From an uncultured Actinomycetes bacterium (GTDB lineage: Bacteria; Actinomycetota; Thermoleophilia; UBA2241), in assembly GCA_963845355.1 (NCBI GenBank), contig CAWJRV010000028.1, forward strand, positions 1,427 to 65,426: a stretch of 64,000 nucleotides of DNA. The letters are read 5' to 3'. This document shows positions 20,106 to 28,621 of the stretch, piece by piece; positions within the stretch are counted from its first letter, which is position 1, and every line of letters starts with the position of its first letter. Both the position numbers and the translations under genes were made by a program. The notes below the pieces were generated by a model. The model saw nothing but the letters and a program-made list of their open reading frames with translations, was not told the origin of the DNA and did no database searches.

Positions 20106-20175
20106 CTGGCTACCGGCCTCCTGACGCAAGCTCTCCCGAGGGTAGCACGCGCTCCCTTACGTCCTCTATTCGCTG

Positions 20176-20184
20176 TGGTATAGT
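20176..20184 (+). promoter_or_regulatory. Extended -10 (TGGTATAGT) upstream of tRNA-Leu
   Basis: gctgTGGTATAGTc lies 25 nt before the tRNA 5' end. Confidence 0.45.
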
Positions 20185-20208
20185 CTTGAACCTGTTCGGG
20201 GTCCTCAA

Positions 20209-20295
20209 GGGCGAGTGGTGAAATTGGCAGACACGCTAGGTTCAGGACCTAGTGCTCGCAAGAGCTTGCGGGTTCAAATCCCGCCTCGCCCACCA
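20209..20295 (+). tRNA. tRNA-Leu (anticodon CAG), CCA encoded
   Basis: Acceptor stem gggcgag/ctcgccc, anticodon stem ctagg/cctag with loop ttCAGga, long variable arm, T-loop ggttcaaatcc. Confidence 0.9.
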
Positions 20296-20328
20296 GGTTC
20301 ACGTTAGCCAAGCAGGGGGGAGATCCTA

Positions 20329-21426
20329 GTGTCGTTCTTCGACGATGACGCAGAGACCACCCAGGTCAAGGCCCCGACGCCCCGCCCCCGCCGCAAACGC
20401 AACCGCTCCAGGCTGCGTATACAGCGGCTGATCATCGCCCTCGTCGCTCTGTTCGTGCTGGTCTTCGTGCTCGCCCTGGTCGTGCGCTCCTGCCAGCAGA
20501 ACGCCAAAGAGTCGACCTACCGCACCTACTTCTCGCAGGTCCAGGGGATCATCACTCGCTCCACCAACGAGGTCGGCAAGCCGATCGCGGCGCTGCTGGC
20601 CGACCCCACGCAGTACAGCAAGACGGAGCTGCAGACCAAGCTCGCCGCCATCGTCACCGCCCAAGCCGCGATCTACAAGGACACCGACCACATCAGCGCG
20701 CCCGGCAAGCTCAAGGACCTGCACCAAGTCCTGGTCCAGGGACAGTGGGTGCGGCTCGCCGGTGTGAAGCAGGTCGAGGCCGGGCTGACCGCCGCCCTCA
20801 CCGGCAAGCATCTCCACGCCACGGCCCGCAAGCTGGCCGCCCTGTCGGGCTACTTCACCGGTCCCGATGTGTACTACAACGAGCTCTACTACACCCAGGC
20901 GCAGAAGGTCCTGAAGGACGACGGCGTGAGCAACGTCGCGGTGCCCACGACGACCGGCTACTTCGCCGACAGCACCGCCTTCTCGCCGAGCGCGCTCAGC
21001 GCGGCGCTCTCGGCCATCTCGTCGTCGACCAAGCTCAACGGTACCCGCGGCATCGGCCTCGACGGCGTTGCCATAAAGGGCACCGGCAAGACGGTGACCC
21101 TGTCGTCGAGCAGCTCCACCAACATCAAGGCCACGGTCAACATGGTGGTGGTCGTCACAGTGCAGAACCTGGGCAGCGTCGCCGAGACCAACGTACCCGT
21201 CAGGGTCACCTATACCGGTCCCAACGGCAGCTCCGTACAGAACCTGACCGCCACGATCCCGTCGATCGCCGTGCACGGCAAGGAGAGCGCCGACGTGACC
21301 GGTCTCAGCATCCCCACGACGGCGATCACCAAGACGTCAAAGCTGACCGTCGTGGTCGGGCCCGTGCCCGGCGAGAAGGTCCTGAGCAACAACCACGCCA
21401 CCTTCGTGATCGTCCCGGGCCTCTAG
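20329..21426 (+). CDS. Membrane-anchored hypothetical protein with a C-terminal Ig/CARDB-like fold
   Basis: Basic N-terminus, one TM helix (LIIALVALFVLVFVLALVV), and a beta-rich Ser/Thr-rich C-terminus. Confidence 0.65.
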   Translation: MSFFDDDAETTQVKAPTPRPRRKRNRSRLRIQRLIIALVALFVLVFVLALVVRSCQQNAKESTYRTYFSQVQGIITRSTNEVGKPIAALLADPTQYSKTELQTKLAAIVTAQAAIYKDTDHISAPGKLKDLHQVLVQGQWVRLAGVKQVEAGLTAALTGKHLHATARKLAALSGYFTGPDVYYNELYYTQAQKVLKDDGVSNVAVPTTTGYFADSTAFSPSALSAALSAISSSTKLNGTRGIGLDGVAIKGTGKTVTLSSSSSTNIKATVNMVVVVTVQNLGSVAETNVPVRVTYTGPNGSSVQNLTATIPSIAVHGKESADVTGLSIPTTAITKTSKLTVVVGPVPGEKVLSNNHATFVIVPGL

Positions 21427-21432
21427 CCGCCC

Positions 21433-22146
21433 GTGCAGAGTCTGCGCGACATCGCCCCCTACCTGGCGCTCGGCGCCAGCGTCCTCAGCCTCGTGCTGCT
21501 GGTGTTGGTCGTGCGGCTGCTCGTCGGTCAGCGCCGTCTGCGGCGCGCCCAGCTCGCCGTGCTCGGCACCCACGGCGAACGCGACCTCGTGGCCCATGCC
21601 CAGGACCTCGAAGAGCAGGTACGTAACCTGCGCGACGCCGTACAGGGATTGGACGACAAGCTCGTGACCCACAAGACCGAGCTCGACAAGGCTTTCACGC
21701 GCCGCGCCGTCGTGCGCTACGACGCGTTCCGCGACATCGGCGGCGAGCAGAGCGCCTCGATCGCCCTGCTCGACAACACCGCCTCGGGCCTCGTGATCAG
21801 CATGATCCATTCGCGCGACTACGCGCGCATCTACGTCAAGCAGCTCCGCCAGTCGGTGCCCGACCGGGCACTGTCGCCCGAAGAGGTCGATGTGGTCGAG
21901 GCCGCCCTCAACGGACCGGCGGGCGGCACGATCGGCGGCGCCGGACCGGCGGGCGGCGCGCCCAGGCCGGCGGGCGGCGCGCCCAGACCGGCGGCCACTC
22001 CCGCGCCCGTCCGGCGCCCCGCCGGCGCCGGCGAGCCGCAGGCACCGGCAGATCAGCAAACGCCGGCGGAGCGCCCAACGCCGTCGGAGCAGCCATCGCC
22101 GCCGGAACAACGTCCGCGAGAGCCCCGCTCGTGGGAGTCGCAGTGA
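21433..22146 (+). CDS. DUF4446-like membrane protein
   Basis: N-terminal TM helix, then RRAVVRYDAFRDIGGEQSASIALLDNTASGLVISMIHSRD. Pro/Gly-rich tail. Confidence 0.6.
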   Translation: MQSLRDIAPYLALGASVLSLVLLVLVVRLLVGQRRLRRAQLAVLGTHGERDLVAHAQDLEEQVRNLRDAVQGLDDKLVTHKTELDKAFTRRAVVRYDAFRDIGGEQSASIALLDNTASGLVISMIHSRDYARIYVKQLRQSVPDRALSPEEVDVVEAALNGPAGGTIGGAGPAGGAPRPAGGAPRPAATPAPVRRPAGAGEPQAPADQQTPAERPTPSEQPSPPEQRPREPRSWESQ

Positions 22147-22988
22147 GCGCCGGCGCGTCACAGCCGGTCGCATTTCTGGGACCCGAAGGCACCTTCACCG
22201 AAGAGGCGCTTCTGGCTCACATGCCGGACGGCGCCTACCACCCGTTCCCCTACCCTTCCATACGCGAGGTCCTCAAGGCGGTCCAGGCCGGCGAGGCGCC
22301 GCTGGGCATCGTGCCCATCGAGAACTCCATCGAAGGGTCCGTGGTCGTCACGCTCGACAGCCTCGCGTTCAGCTTCGACGACCTGCACGTCGTGCGCGAG
22401 GTCACCTGGCAGGTCCACCAGCAGCTCATCGCCCGCCGCGCCCTCGAGTTCGAGCGGGTGACCAAGATCGTCAGCATCCCGCACGCCTACGGCCAATGCC
22501 GCGATTTCATACGCGAGCACCTCGATGGGGTCGAACACGAAGCCACCGACTCGACCGCCGAAGCGGTCCGCCGCGTGAGCCGCGTCGACAGGCCCTGGGT
22601 GGCGATCGGCACCCGGCTCGCGGCCGAGATGTACGAGTGCGTGGTGGTCGCCGCCGACGTCGACGACGCGCCCGACAATCGCACGCGTTTCGTCTTCGTC
22701 AGTCGCGACGAGGCACCCCAGGACGGCACGGCGACCTACAAGACGAGCATCGTCTGCGGCATCTCGCAGGATCAGCCCGGCAGCCTGCTCATGATCCTCT
22801 CGGAGTTCGCCTACCGCTACGTCAACCTGACGAAGGTCGAATCGCGACCTTCCAAGCAGGGCTTGGGCGACTACATCTTCTTCATCGACATGGTGGGCCG
22901 CGCGACCGACCCGCCCATCGCCCAAGCGCTCTCCTGCCTCGGCTGCAAACTCACCTGGCTGAAGGTGCTGGGCTCCTACCCCACCTGA
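22143..22988 (+). CDS. pheA: Prephenate dehydratase
   Basis: VAFLGPEGTFTEEA, TRFVFV and ESRPSKQGLGDYIFFID (ACT domain). GTG 22143 overlaps the upstream stop as GTGA. Confidence 0.85.
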   Translation: MSAGASQPVAFLGPEGTFTEEALLAHMPDGAYHPFPYPSIREVLKAVQAGEAPLGIVPIENSIEGSVVVTLDSLAFSFDDLHVVREVTWQVHQQLIARRALEFERVTKIVSIPHAYGQCRDFIREHLDGVEHEATDSTAEAVRRVSRVDRPWVAIGTRLAAEMYECVVVAADVDDAPDNRTRFVFVSRDEAPQDGTATYKTSIVCGISQDQPGSLLMILSEFAYRYVNLTKVESRPSKQGLGDYIFFIDMVGRATDPPIAQALSCLGCKLTWLKVLGSYPT

Positions 22989-22997
22989 GCTCCCGAC

Positions 22998-23114
22998 AAA
23001 GCGCCTTACAGAACGTCCGAAGCGCCTAACGGAGCGCCCGACGGAACGTCGGACGAAGCGCCTGACGGAGCACCGGACGAAGCGCCTGAGGGAGCGCCGT
23101 ACGGAGCGCCTGAC
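22998..23114. repeat. Degenerate 12-nt tandem repeat, ~10 units (consensus GGAGCGCCTGAC)
   Basis: gaagcgcctaac ggagcgcccgac ggaacgtcggac gaagcgcctgac ggagcaccggac gaagcgcctgag ggagcgccgtac ggagcgcctgac. Intergenic between pheA and a GNAT gene. Confidence 0.8.
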
Positions 23115-23228
23115 CGCCCCCATCGCAGGTCGTCTCTCTTGCGCCATTTCGCGGTATACAATCCCTGGGAAAGAGGACCTGATCGCCCAGACCGGCGCCG
23201 CCTGCGCCGGAGACCGCGGAGTGTGAAC

Positions 23229-23690
23229 ATGACGCGCGTGAAGGTCGAGATCCGCACCATGCGCAGCGGCGACGAGAGCATGCTCGTCTATCTGGCCGAA
23301 GAGACGCTGCACCCCCTCGCCGCCCGCGCCGGCCACCCCGAGCGCTACGATCCCGCGGACCTGCTGGCTCTGCTCGCCGAGGCCTCGGTGTTCGTCGCCG
23401 AGGCAGGCGGCGAGATCGCCGGCTACGTGGCCGTCGAGCGCGTCCCGCAGGCGCTCGAGGTGCGCTGCCTGTGCGTCAACCCCGCCTTCGAGGCCCAGGC
23501 GGTTGCCCACCAGCTCATGGACTGGGTCGAGGGAGTGGCCTTCACGGAGAGTCGCAGCCGGCTGCGCGCGCTCGTCCCGGTCGCCGATGAGCGCTCACAG
23601 CACCTGTATCGCGGTCACTCGTTCGTGCCCGTGCCGACCGCCGACCGCCCCGAGACCGTCGTGCTCGAGAAGCGCCTGAGGGCTGAGTAG
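23229..23690 (+). CDS. GNAT-family N-acetyltransferase
   Basis: MTRVKVEIRTMRSGDESM...GEIAGYVAVE...VNPAFEAQAVAHQLMDW. A TACAAT-like -10 lies at 23157-23162. Confidence 0.7.
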   Translation: MTRVKVEIRTMRSGDESMLVYLAEETLHPLAARAGHPERYDPADLLALLAEASVFVAEAGGEIAGYVAVERVPQALEVRCLCVNPAFEAQAVAHQLMDWVEGVAFTESRSRLRALVPVADERSQHLYRGHSFVPVPTADRPETVVLEKRLRAE

Positions 23691-23743
23691 GGTTTGTGAC
23701 ATCCTGGGCCGCCTGGTCCGGACCGACCATAGTGGAGGGGACC

Positions 23744-24268
23744 ATGGCCTTACCGTTCGGTGTGCGTCAGAAGCCGTCTTTCATCGAGATGCCCGCCCAG
23801 ACGATGGCGGTCGTGCGTTCGGTGGGCGATCCGAACGAAGTCGGTGCGCAGGTCTTCCCGGCCCTGTTCGGCGCCGTCTACACGCTCAAGTTCAAGGTCC
23901 TCAAGCCGCGCGGCGTCGAGTTCGAGGTGAGTGCTCTGCGGGCGCGCTGGCCGCTTGCCCTCGACACCGCGAAAGAGCAGTGGGTGGGCCTGTGGGGGAT
24001 CCCCGTCCCCGACGACATCGACGAGCTGCCCCAGACAGTGCCCGACGTGCCCGTCGCCCTGGAGACCTGGGAGTACGGCGCGATGGCCCACATCCTGCAC
24101 CTCGGGCCCTACGCCGACGAGGAGCCGACGGTCGGGCGGCTGCGTGAGTTCATCGCGGTGAGCGGCTACGAGATCGCCGGCGCCCATGAGGAAGAGTACC
24201 TCTCCAAGCCCGACGCCAAGCAGATGAAGACGATCATCCGCTACCCGGTGCGGCCGCTGGCGGTGTAG
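23744..24268 (+). CDS. GyrI-like small-molecule-binding domain protein
   Basis: Start at internal ATG (MALPFGVRQKPSFIEMPAQTMAVVRSVGDP). HLGPYADEEPTVGRLREFI resembles the effector-binding fold. Confidence 0.6.
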   Translation: MALPFGVRQKPSFIEMPAQTMAVVRSVGDPNEVGAQVFPALFGAVYTLKFKVLKPRGVEFEVSALRARWPLALDTAKEQWVGLWGIPVPDDIDELPQTVPDVPVALETWEYGAMAHILHLGPYADEEPTVGRLREFIAVSGYEIAGAHEEEYLSKPDAKQMKTIIRYPVRPLAV

Positions 24269-24321
24269 CCGGCGGCGCAGCGACGCCAAACGACGCGGCA
24301 GCGGCGCCCTGCCGTGGGGCT

Positions 24322-24374
24322 GTTGCGTCGCTGGCGAAAAGTTGCAAATTACAACTTTTCGCCAGCGACGCAAC
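24322..24374. terminator. Perfect 23-bp-stem hairpin with an AT-rich centre
   Basis: gttgcgtcgctggcgaaaagttg-caaatta-caacttttcgccagcgacgcaac, located between convergent genes. Confidence 0.6.
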
Positions 24375-24380
24375 ACAGCA

Positions 24381-24424
24381 GACGGCGGGCGGGGCGGGCG
24401 CTCGCGCCCGCCCCGCCCGCCGTC
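24381..24424. terminator. Perfect 20-bp, almost pure G/C hairpin
   Basis: gacggcgggcggggcgggcg-ctcg-cgcccgccccgcccgccgtc, 14 nt beyond the stop of the L,D-transpeptidase gene. Confidence 0.6.
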
Positions 24425-24437
24425 ACATACGGGCTGG

Positions 24438-25730
24438 TCAGTAGTGGATGTAGACGGTCTCCCCCACCCACGAGTGCACGTAGGTCCAGTTGGCCACCCA
24501 GATGGGTTCGCGCACGCAGCCGTGGCTGGCCGGGTACGGCGGCACTTCGGGGTACCCGTGCATGGCGAAGTTGCCGTAGAAGTCCATCGTGCGCCAGAGG
24601 ATGGCCGAGCCGAGCCAGGTGGAGGTGCTCGGCGCCTTCCGGAGGATGTGGAAGCGCCCCACGGGCGTGTTGCCCGTGGCGCCGGTCGACACGGGGATGA
24701 TGCCGTAGGGCTTGCCTGCCTTGACGATCATCAGGATCTGGCGTGTCTTGTCGATCTCGATGTGCGTCGCCGGCGACTTGTACCGGGCCTTGATGAGGCG
24801 AGCGACGTCGAGCTTGCGCCAGTCGACCCCCGCGAACACATAGGTGCGCGGCAGGCCGTAGGCCTTCTGAAAGGCGACGATCGAATCGCCGGCTTCGACC
24901 GAGATGCGCGACGAGATGCCCGGCACCCGGAACCTGAGTGCGGCGAGGCGGGTCAGCAGGATGCGCGCGTAGCGCCCGTGCGATCCCACGGCGACACGAC
25001 GCCAGGGCGCGGCGAGGGTGGTCTTGAGGAGCGGGGCGGCGGCAAGGCCACCCGCGGCGGCGGCGGTCACGCGTACCGGGAACGCCCCGATGCCGGGCGT
25101 GCGAAGCCTCAAGACGAGCGTGCCGGCCGCCGGGTTGCCCGCAGCGACAGCGACCTTCTTGCCGTGGTGATAGACGATCGCCGAGACGCGACCGGTGTAC
25201 GAGGCCGGCAGCACGGTGACCGTGAACCTGGTGAAGCCCCACGGCAGCGTAACGCCGGCCTTGACCGTGACCTTGGGCGCGACCGTGAGGGCGAGCGGCG
25301 GGCCGGTCGTGCCGTCACCGAGGGTCGCCGTGACGGTCCCCCCGACCGTGGGGACGAAGGTCGCGCTGAAAGCGCCGCTCGCGTCGGTCGCGGGGCTGGC
25401 CACCGTCGTGCCGTCGACCGCCACGGTCACCGTCTGGTCGGCGGTCGCCGGAGTCACGGTACCCTGCACCGTGACCGTCATGCCGTACACGACCGCCGCC
25501 GGGGCGACCGTCCAGGCGACGGTCGTGGGTGTGGGCGCCGGGGCCGGGTCGCCCAGCGCGCCCGACGACTGCGAGGCCGCCGGGGCGGCCGCGGGCGAGC
25601 CCGACGGCGAGCTCTGCGTGCCGGTGGCCCACGCGATGCCGGTGACCGACCCGCAGGCGATGAGTGTGAGAAGCGCCAGGGCCGTCCCCCAGCGCCGCGG
25701 CCTGCCGAACCCTGTGCCGCCTGCGCGCAT
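24438..25730 (-). CDS. L,D-transpeptidase (YkuD domain) lipoprotein with Ig-like N-terminal repeats
   Basis: Lipobox LLTLIACGS. C-terminal GYPEVPPYPASHGCVRE holds the catalytic His/Cys motif. Confidence 0.85.
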   Translation of the reverse strand: MRAGGTGFGRPRRWGTALALLTLIACGSVTGIAWATGTQSSPSGSPAAAPAASQSSGALGDPAPAPTPTTVAWTVAPAAVVYGMTVTVQGTVTPATADQTVTVAVDGTTVASPATDASGAFSATFVPTVGGTVTATLGDGTTGPPLALTVAPKVTVKAGVTLPWGFTRFTVTVLPASYTGRVSAIVYHHGKKVAVAAGNPAAGTLVLRLRTPGIGAFPVRVTAAAAGGLAAAPLLKTTLAAPWRRVAVGSHGRYARILLTRLAALRFRVPGISSRISVEAGDSIVAFQKAYGLPRTYVFAGVDWRKLDVARLIKARYKSPATHIEIDKTRQILMIVKAGKPYGIIPVSTGATGNTPVGRFHILRKAPSTSTWLGSAILWRTMDFYGNFAMHGYPEVPPYPASHGCVREPIWVANWTYVHSWVGETVYIHY

Positions 25731-26010
25731 GTCTCACTCCCCCTGCCTGGATGACCGTCCTAATCTGATTGTAGTGCGATGCCGGGCGGCGGCGCCAGCG
25801 GGGTCTGCGCGCTGACCACCGGCGACGTCAGGGGGCGCTCGTGCGGCGCCGGGCGGCGACGCTGGGGGCGCTCGTCGGGCGCGGGCCCGCCGCCGTGCTT
25901 CACAGGCGCCCGCGTCCCATCGTGCGCCGGCCGTCGGCGGCGGGGTACGATACGCGTCGACATCGTCTCCGCTGTGACGACCGTCCGTCCCCGACGACCG
26001 AGGTGAGACC

Positions 26011-27270
26011 ATGCTCGACGTGAAGATGGTGCGCTCCAACCCGGACCTGGTCCGCGCAGGGCTGCGGCGCAGGGGCGCCCCCACGTCGTCGCTCGACGAG
26101 TTCCTCGAAGTCGAGGAGCGGCGGCGCGCGCTCACTACCGAGGTCGAGGCGATGCGCGCGGAACGCAAGCGCGCGAGCGAGGCCATCGGCGCGCGCCGCA
26201 AGGCAGGCGAGGACGCCGCCGCCGAGATGGCCGCCACCCGCGAACTCGGCGACCGCATCAAGGCCCGAGAGAATGAGCTCGGCGCCTCCGAGGCGCGCCT
26301 GCACGAGCTGCTGCTGTCCCTGCCCAACCTACCGCTGGCCGACGTGCCCGAGGGCGGCGAGGACGATTCAGTCGTGCTGCGCGAGGTAGGCGAGCGCCCC
26401 AGCTTCGACTTCGAGCCAAAAGATCACGTCGACCTGGGCGTGGCCCTCGATGTCATCGACATCGAGCGCGCGGCGAAGGTGAGCGGCTCACGCTTCACCT
26501 ACCTGAAGGGCGACCTGGTGCTGCTCGAGCTGGCCCTGGTGCGCTACGGGTTCGACACCGTCATGGCCAGAGGCTTTCGTCCGGTCCTGCCCCCCGTGCT
26601 CGTGCGCGAAGAGGCCATGTATGGAACAGGCTTCTTTCCGACCGACGAGGCGTCGATCTACCGCACACTCGACGGCGACTGCCTGGTCGGCACGAGCGAG
26701 GTGCCGCTGGCCGGCCTGCACATGGACGAGTTCCTCGAGGCCGACGCCCTGCCGCTGCGCTACGCCGGCTTTTCGAGCTGCTTTCGGCGCGAGGCCGGCG
26801 CCGCCGGCAAGGACACGCGTGGCATCCTGCGGCTGCACCAGTTCGACAAGCTCGAGATGTTCAGCTTCTGCCTGCCCGGCCAGGCGACCGGCGAGCACGA
26901 GCTCATCCGCTCGATCGAAGAAGAGATCCTGCAGGGTCTTGAGATCCCCTACCGGGTGGTCGCCATCGCCGCCGGCGACCTGGGAGCGCCGGCCGCCAAG
27001 AAGTACGACTGCGAGGCCTGGATGCCGGGTCAGCAGCGCTATCGCGAGGTCACGAGCTGCTCGAACTGCACCGACTACCAGGCCCGCCGCCTCAATGCGC
27101 GCTACCGCAGCGAGAAGGGCCCGCGGTTCGTGCACACGCTGAACGGCACGACCATCGCGGTCGGCCGCACGATCATCGCCATCATGGAAAACCACCAGCG
27201 CGCCGACGGCACCATCGCCGTGCCCGAAGCGCTGCGCCCGTACGTGGGCAAGGACTCGATAGATGGTTGA
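26011..27270 (+). CDS. serS: Seryl-tRNA synthetase
   Basis: N-terminal coiled coil (MLDVKMVRSNPDLVRAGL...). Class II motifs FSSCFRREAGAAGKDTRGILRLHQFDKLEMF and GRTIIAIMENHQ. Confidence 0.95.
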   Translation: MLDVKMVRSNPDLVRAGLRRRGAPTSSLDEFLEVEERRRALTTEVEAMRAERKRASEAIGARRKAGEDAAAEMAATRELGDRIKARENELGASEARLHELLLSLPNLPLADVPEGGEDDSVVLREVGERPSFDFEPKDHVDLGVALDVIDIERAAKVSGSRFTYLKGDLVLLELALVRYGFDTVMARGFRPVLPPVLVREEAMYGTGFFPTDEASIYRTLDGDCLVGTSEVPLAGLHMDEFLEADALPLRYAGFSSCFRREAGAAGKDTRGILRLHQFDKLEMFSFCLPGQATGEHELIRSIEEEILQGLEIPYRVVAIAAGDLGAPAAKKYDCEAWMPGQQRYREVTSCSNCTDYQARRLNARYRSEKGPRFVHTLNGTTIAVGRTIIAIMENHQRADGTIAVPEALRPYVGKDSIDG

Positions 27271-27361
27271 GGCGGGTCGACGCGGGGTTGGCGCCAGGTT
27301 GAGGCGAATCTGAAGCGGGTTGAAGCGGGGTCGAGCGGAGCTGAAGCGGGGCCGGAGCGGC

Positions 27362-27772
27362 CTAGATGACCAGCTCGGCGCGGCCGAAGGCCGCGCCCTC
27401 CGTCTCCTCGCGCCAAGGGATGACGTAGCACTCCACGGTCGCCCCAAGGTAGTCATGCTCGAGGTCGGCCTTGGCGCGCCGCAAGTCGCGCTCGAGGATG
27501 CGCTGCTGGTCGAAGCCCAGGCCGCCGAGGGCGCGCTCGTAGGCGAAGCAGTCCTGGTGGGAGACGAGCACGATCCGCCGGATGTCGTGAAAGTTGACGA
27601 TCTGCGAGACCGAATCCTTGGCGACGCGCCGCTCGGCGCCGGTGCGGGTGAGCGCCAGCGGACCGCCGGGCACCAGCAGACGGTCGGCGTCTTCGATGTG
27701 AAGGCGGCGCTGGAGGTCGTCGAGCGCCGGCGCCACGCGCCCGTCGGAACATGCCACCAGCAACGAGTTCAT
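27362..27772 (-). CDS. Hypothetical protein
   Basis: Internal ATG start (MNSLLVACSDGRVAPALDDL...). The composition looks coding and no family was recognised. Confidence 0.5.
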   Translation of the reverse strand: MNSLLVACSDGRVAPALDDLQRRLHIEDADRLLVPGGPLALTRTGAERRVAKDSVSQIVNFHDIRRIVLVSHQDCFAYERALGGLGFDQQRILERDLRRAKADLEHDYLGATVECYVIPWREETEGAAFGRAELVI

Positions 27773-27914
27773 AGCCCGGTAGTATCCCAGAAGAGGCGAC
27801 GTTACACTACCGGGGCTCACGGCTTGAGCCGGGGGCACGCAGTGAGCGACCGCCGCGGTCACCGTGCCGAAAGCGAAGACCGCTGCGCCGGCAGATCGAT
27901 GCAAGGAGACCTGG

Positions 27915-28337
27915 ATGCCCTCAGAGCTCGTGATCCACGCCGACTATCAGGGCGGCATGAAGCTGCTTGCCGGCGACGGCGAGCACTCGGTCGTGATCGA
28001 CTACCCGCTCGAGCCCGGCCAGCCCGTCGACGGCCTGACGCCGCTCAAACTGCTGCTCGCCAGCGTGGCCGGCTGCGCCGGCAACACGGTCGCCTTGCTC
28101 ATGAAGAAACGAGACCAGCCGCTCAAAGGTCTCGAGGTCGTCGCCCGCGGACAGCGCCGCGACGAGCACCCGAGTGTGCTCACCACGATCGATGTCGAGT
28201 TCGTCCTTCACGGCGTCGGCCTCGACCCGGCCGTGGTCGAGCATTGCATCGCCGTCGCCGACGGCCAGCTCTGCCCCGTCTGGGCGATGATCAAGCCCGG
28301 CACGCCGATCGCCACGTCGTATCGTCTGGTGGACTGA
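27915..28337 (+). CDS. OsmC/Ohr-family peroxiredoxin-like protein
   Basis: ATG follows AAGGAG. LLLASVAGCAGN and GQLCPVWAM provide the paired Cys. Confidence 0.75.
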   Translation: MPSELVIHADYQGGMKLLAGDGEHSVVIDYPLEPGQPVDGLTPLKLLLASVAGCAGNTVALLMKKRDQPLKGLEVVARGQRRDEHPSVLTTIDVEFVLHGVGLDPAVVEHCIAVADGQLCPVWAMIKPGTPIATSYRLVD

Positions 28338-28422
28338 CGCAGGGCGGCGTTGGAGCGAGTCGGACGGACGCAAGGGCGGCGTCAAAGCGGGTAGAGTCGA
28401 AGATCCCGCACGACGGGCAGCG

Positions 28423-28513
28423 GAGGGGTGGCCGAGCGGTTGAAGGCAGCGGTCTTGAAAACCGCCAGGGGTCGCAAGGCCCCTCGTGGGTTCGAATCCC
28501 ACCCCCTCCGCCA
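28423..28513 (+). tRNA. tRNA-Ser (anticodon TGA), CCA encoded; integration target of the island
   Basis: Acceptor stem ggagggg/cccctcc, anticodon loop ctTGAaa, long variable arm, T-arm gtggg-ttcgaat-cccac. Confidence 0.9.
28454..28513 (+). repeat. attL core (3' 60 nt of tRNA-Ser)
   Basis: cttgaaaaccgccaggggtcgcaaggcccctcgtgggttcgaatcccaccccctccgcca is repeated at 50210-50270. Confidence 0.85.
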
Positions 28514-28583
28514 TTTGCAGCACTTTTGACCTCTGGCGGCGCCGCCTCAAAGGGCCCAACGCAGGGCCAACAGAGGAAATTAG

Positions 28584-28604
28584 TTGGTGACATTCTGGTG
28601 ACTT
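28584..28604 (+). promoter_or_regulatory. Two TGGTGAC(A/T)T repeats; candidate integrase arm-type sites (P' arm)
   Basis: tTGGTGACATtcTGGTGACTTgg lies ~70 nt inside attL. Three related copies sit at the other end of the element. Confidence 0.4.
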
Positions 28605-28621
28605 GGTTTCGGCGGAGTGCC

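Noticed and set aside
22998-23114. CRISPR array (checked here and across the whole window)
   Set aside because: The 12-nt units are contiguous without spacers. No 25-40-nt repeats with unique spacers and no cas genes were seen anywhere in the window.
23006-23281. 91-aa minus-strand ORF with SGAP repeats
   Set aside because: It is simply the translation of the 12-nt minisatellite. It has no start context or ribosome-binding site.
25731-26010. T-box leader upstream of serS
   Set aside because: No specifier-loop or T-box consensus (AANNNGGGTGGTACCGCG-like) could be found.
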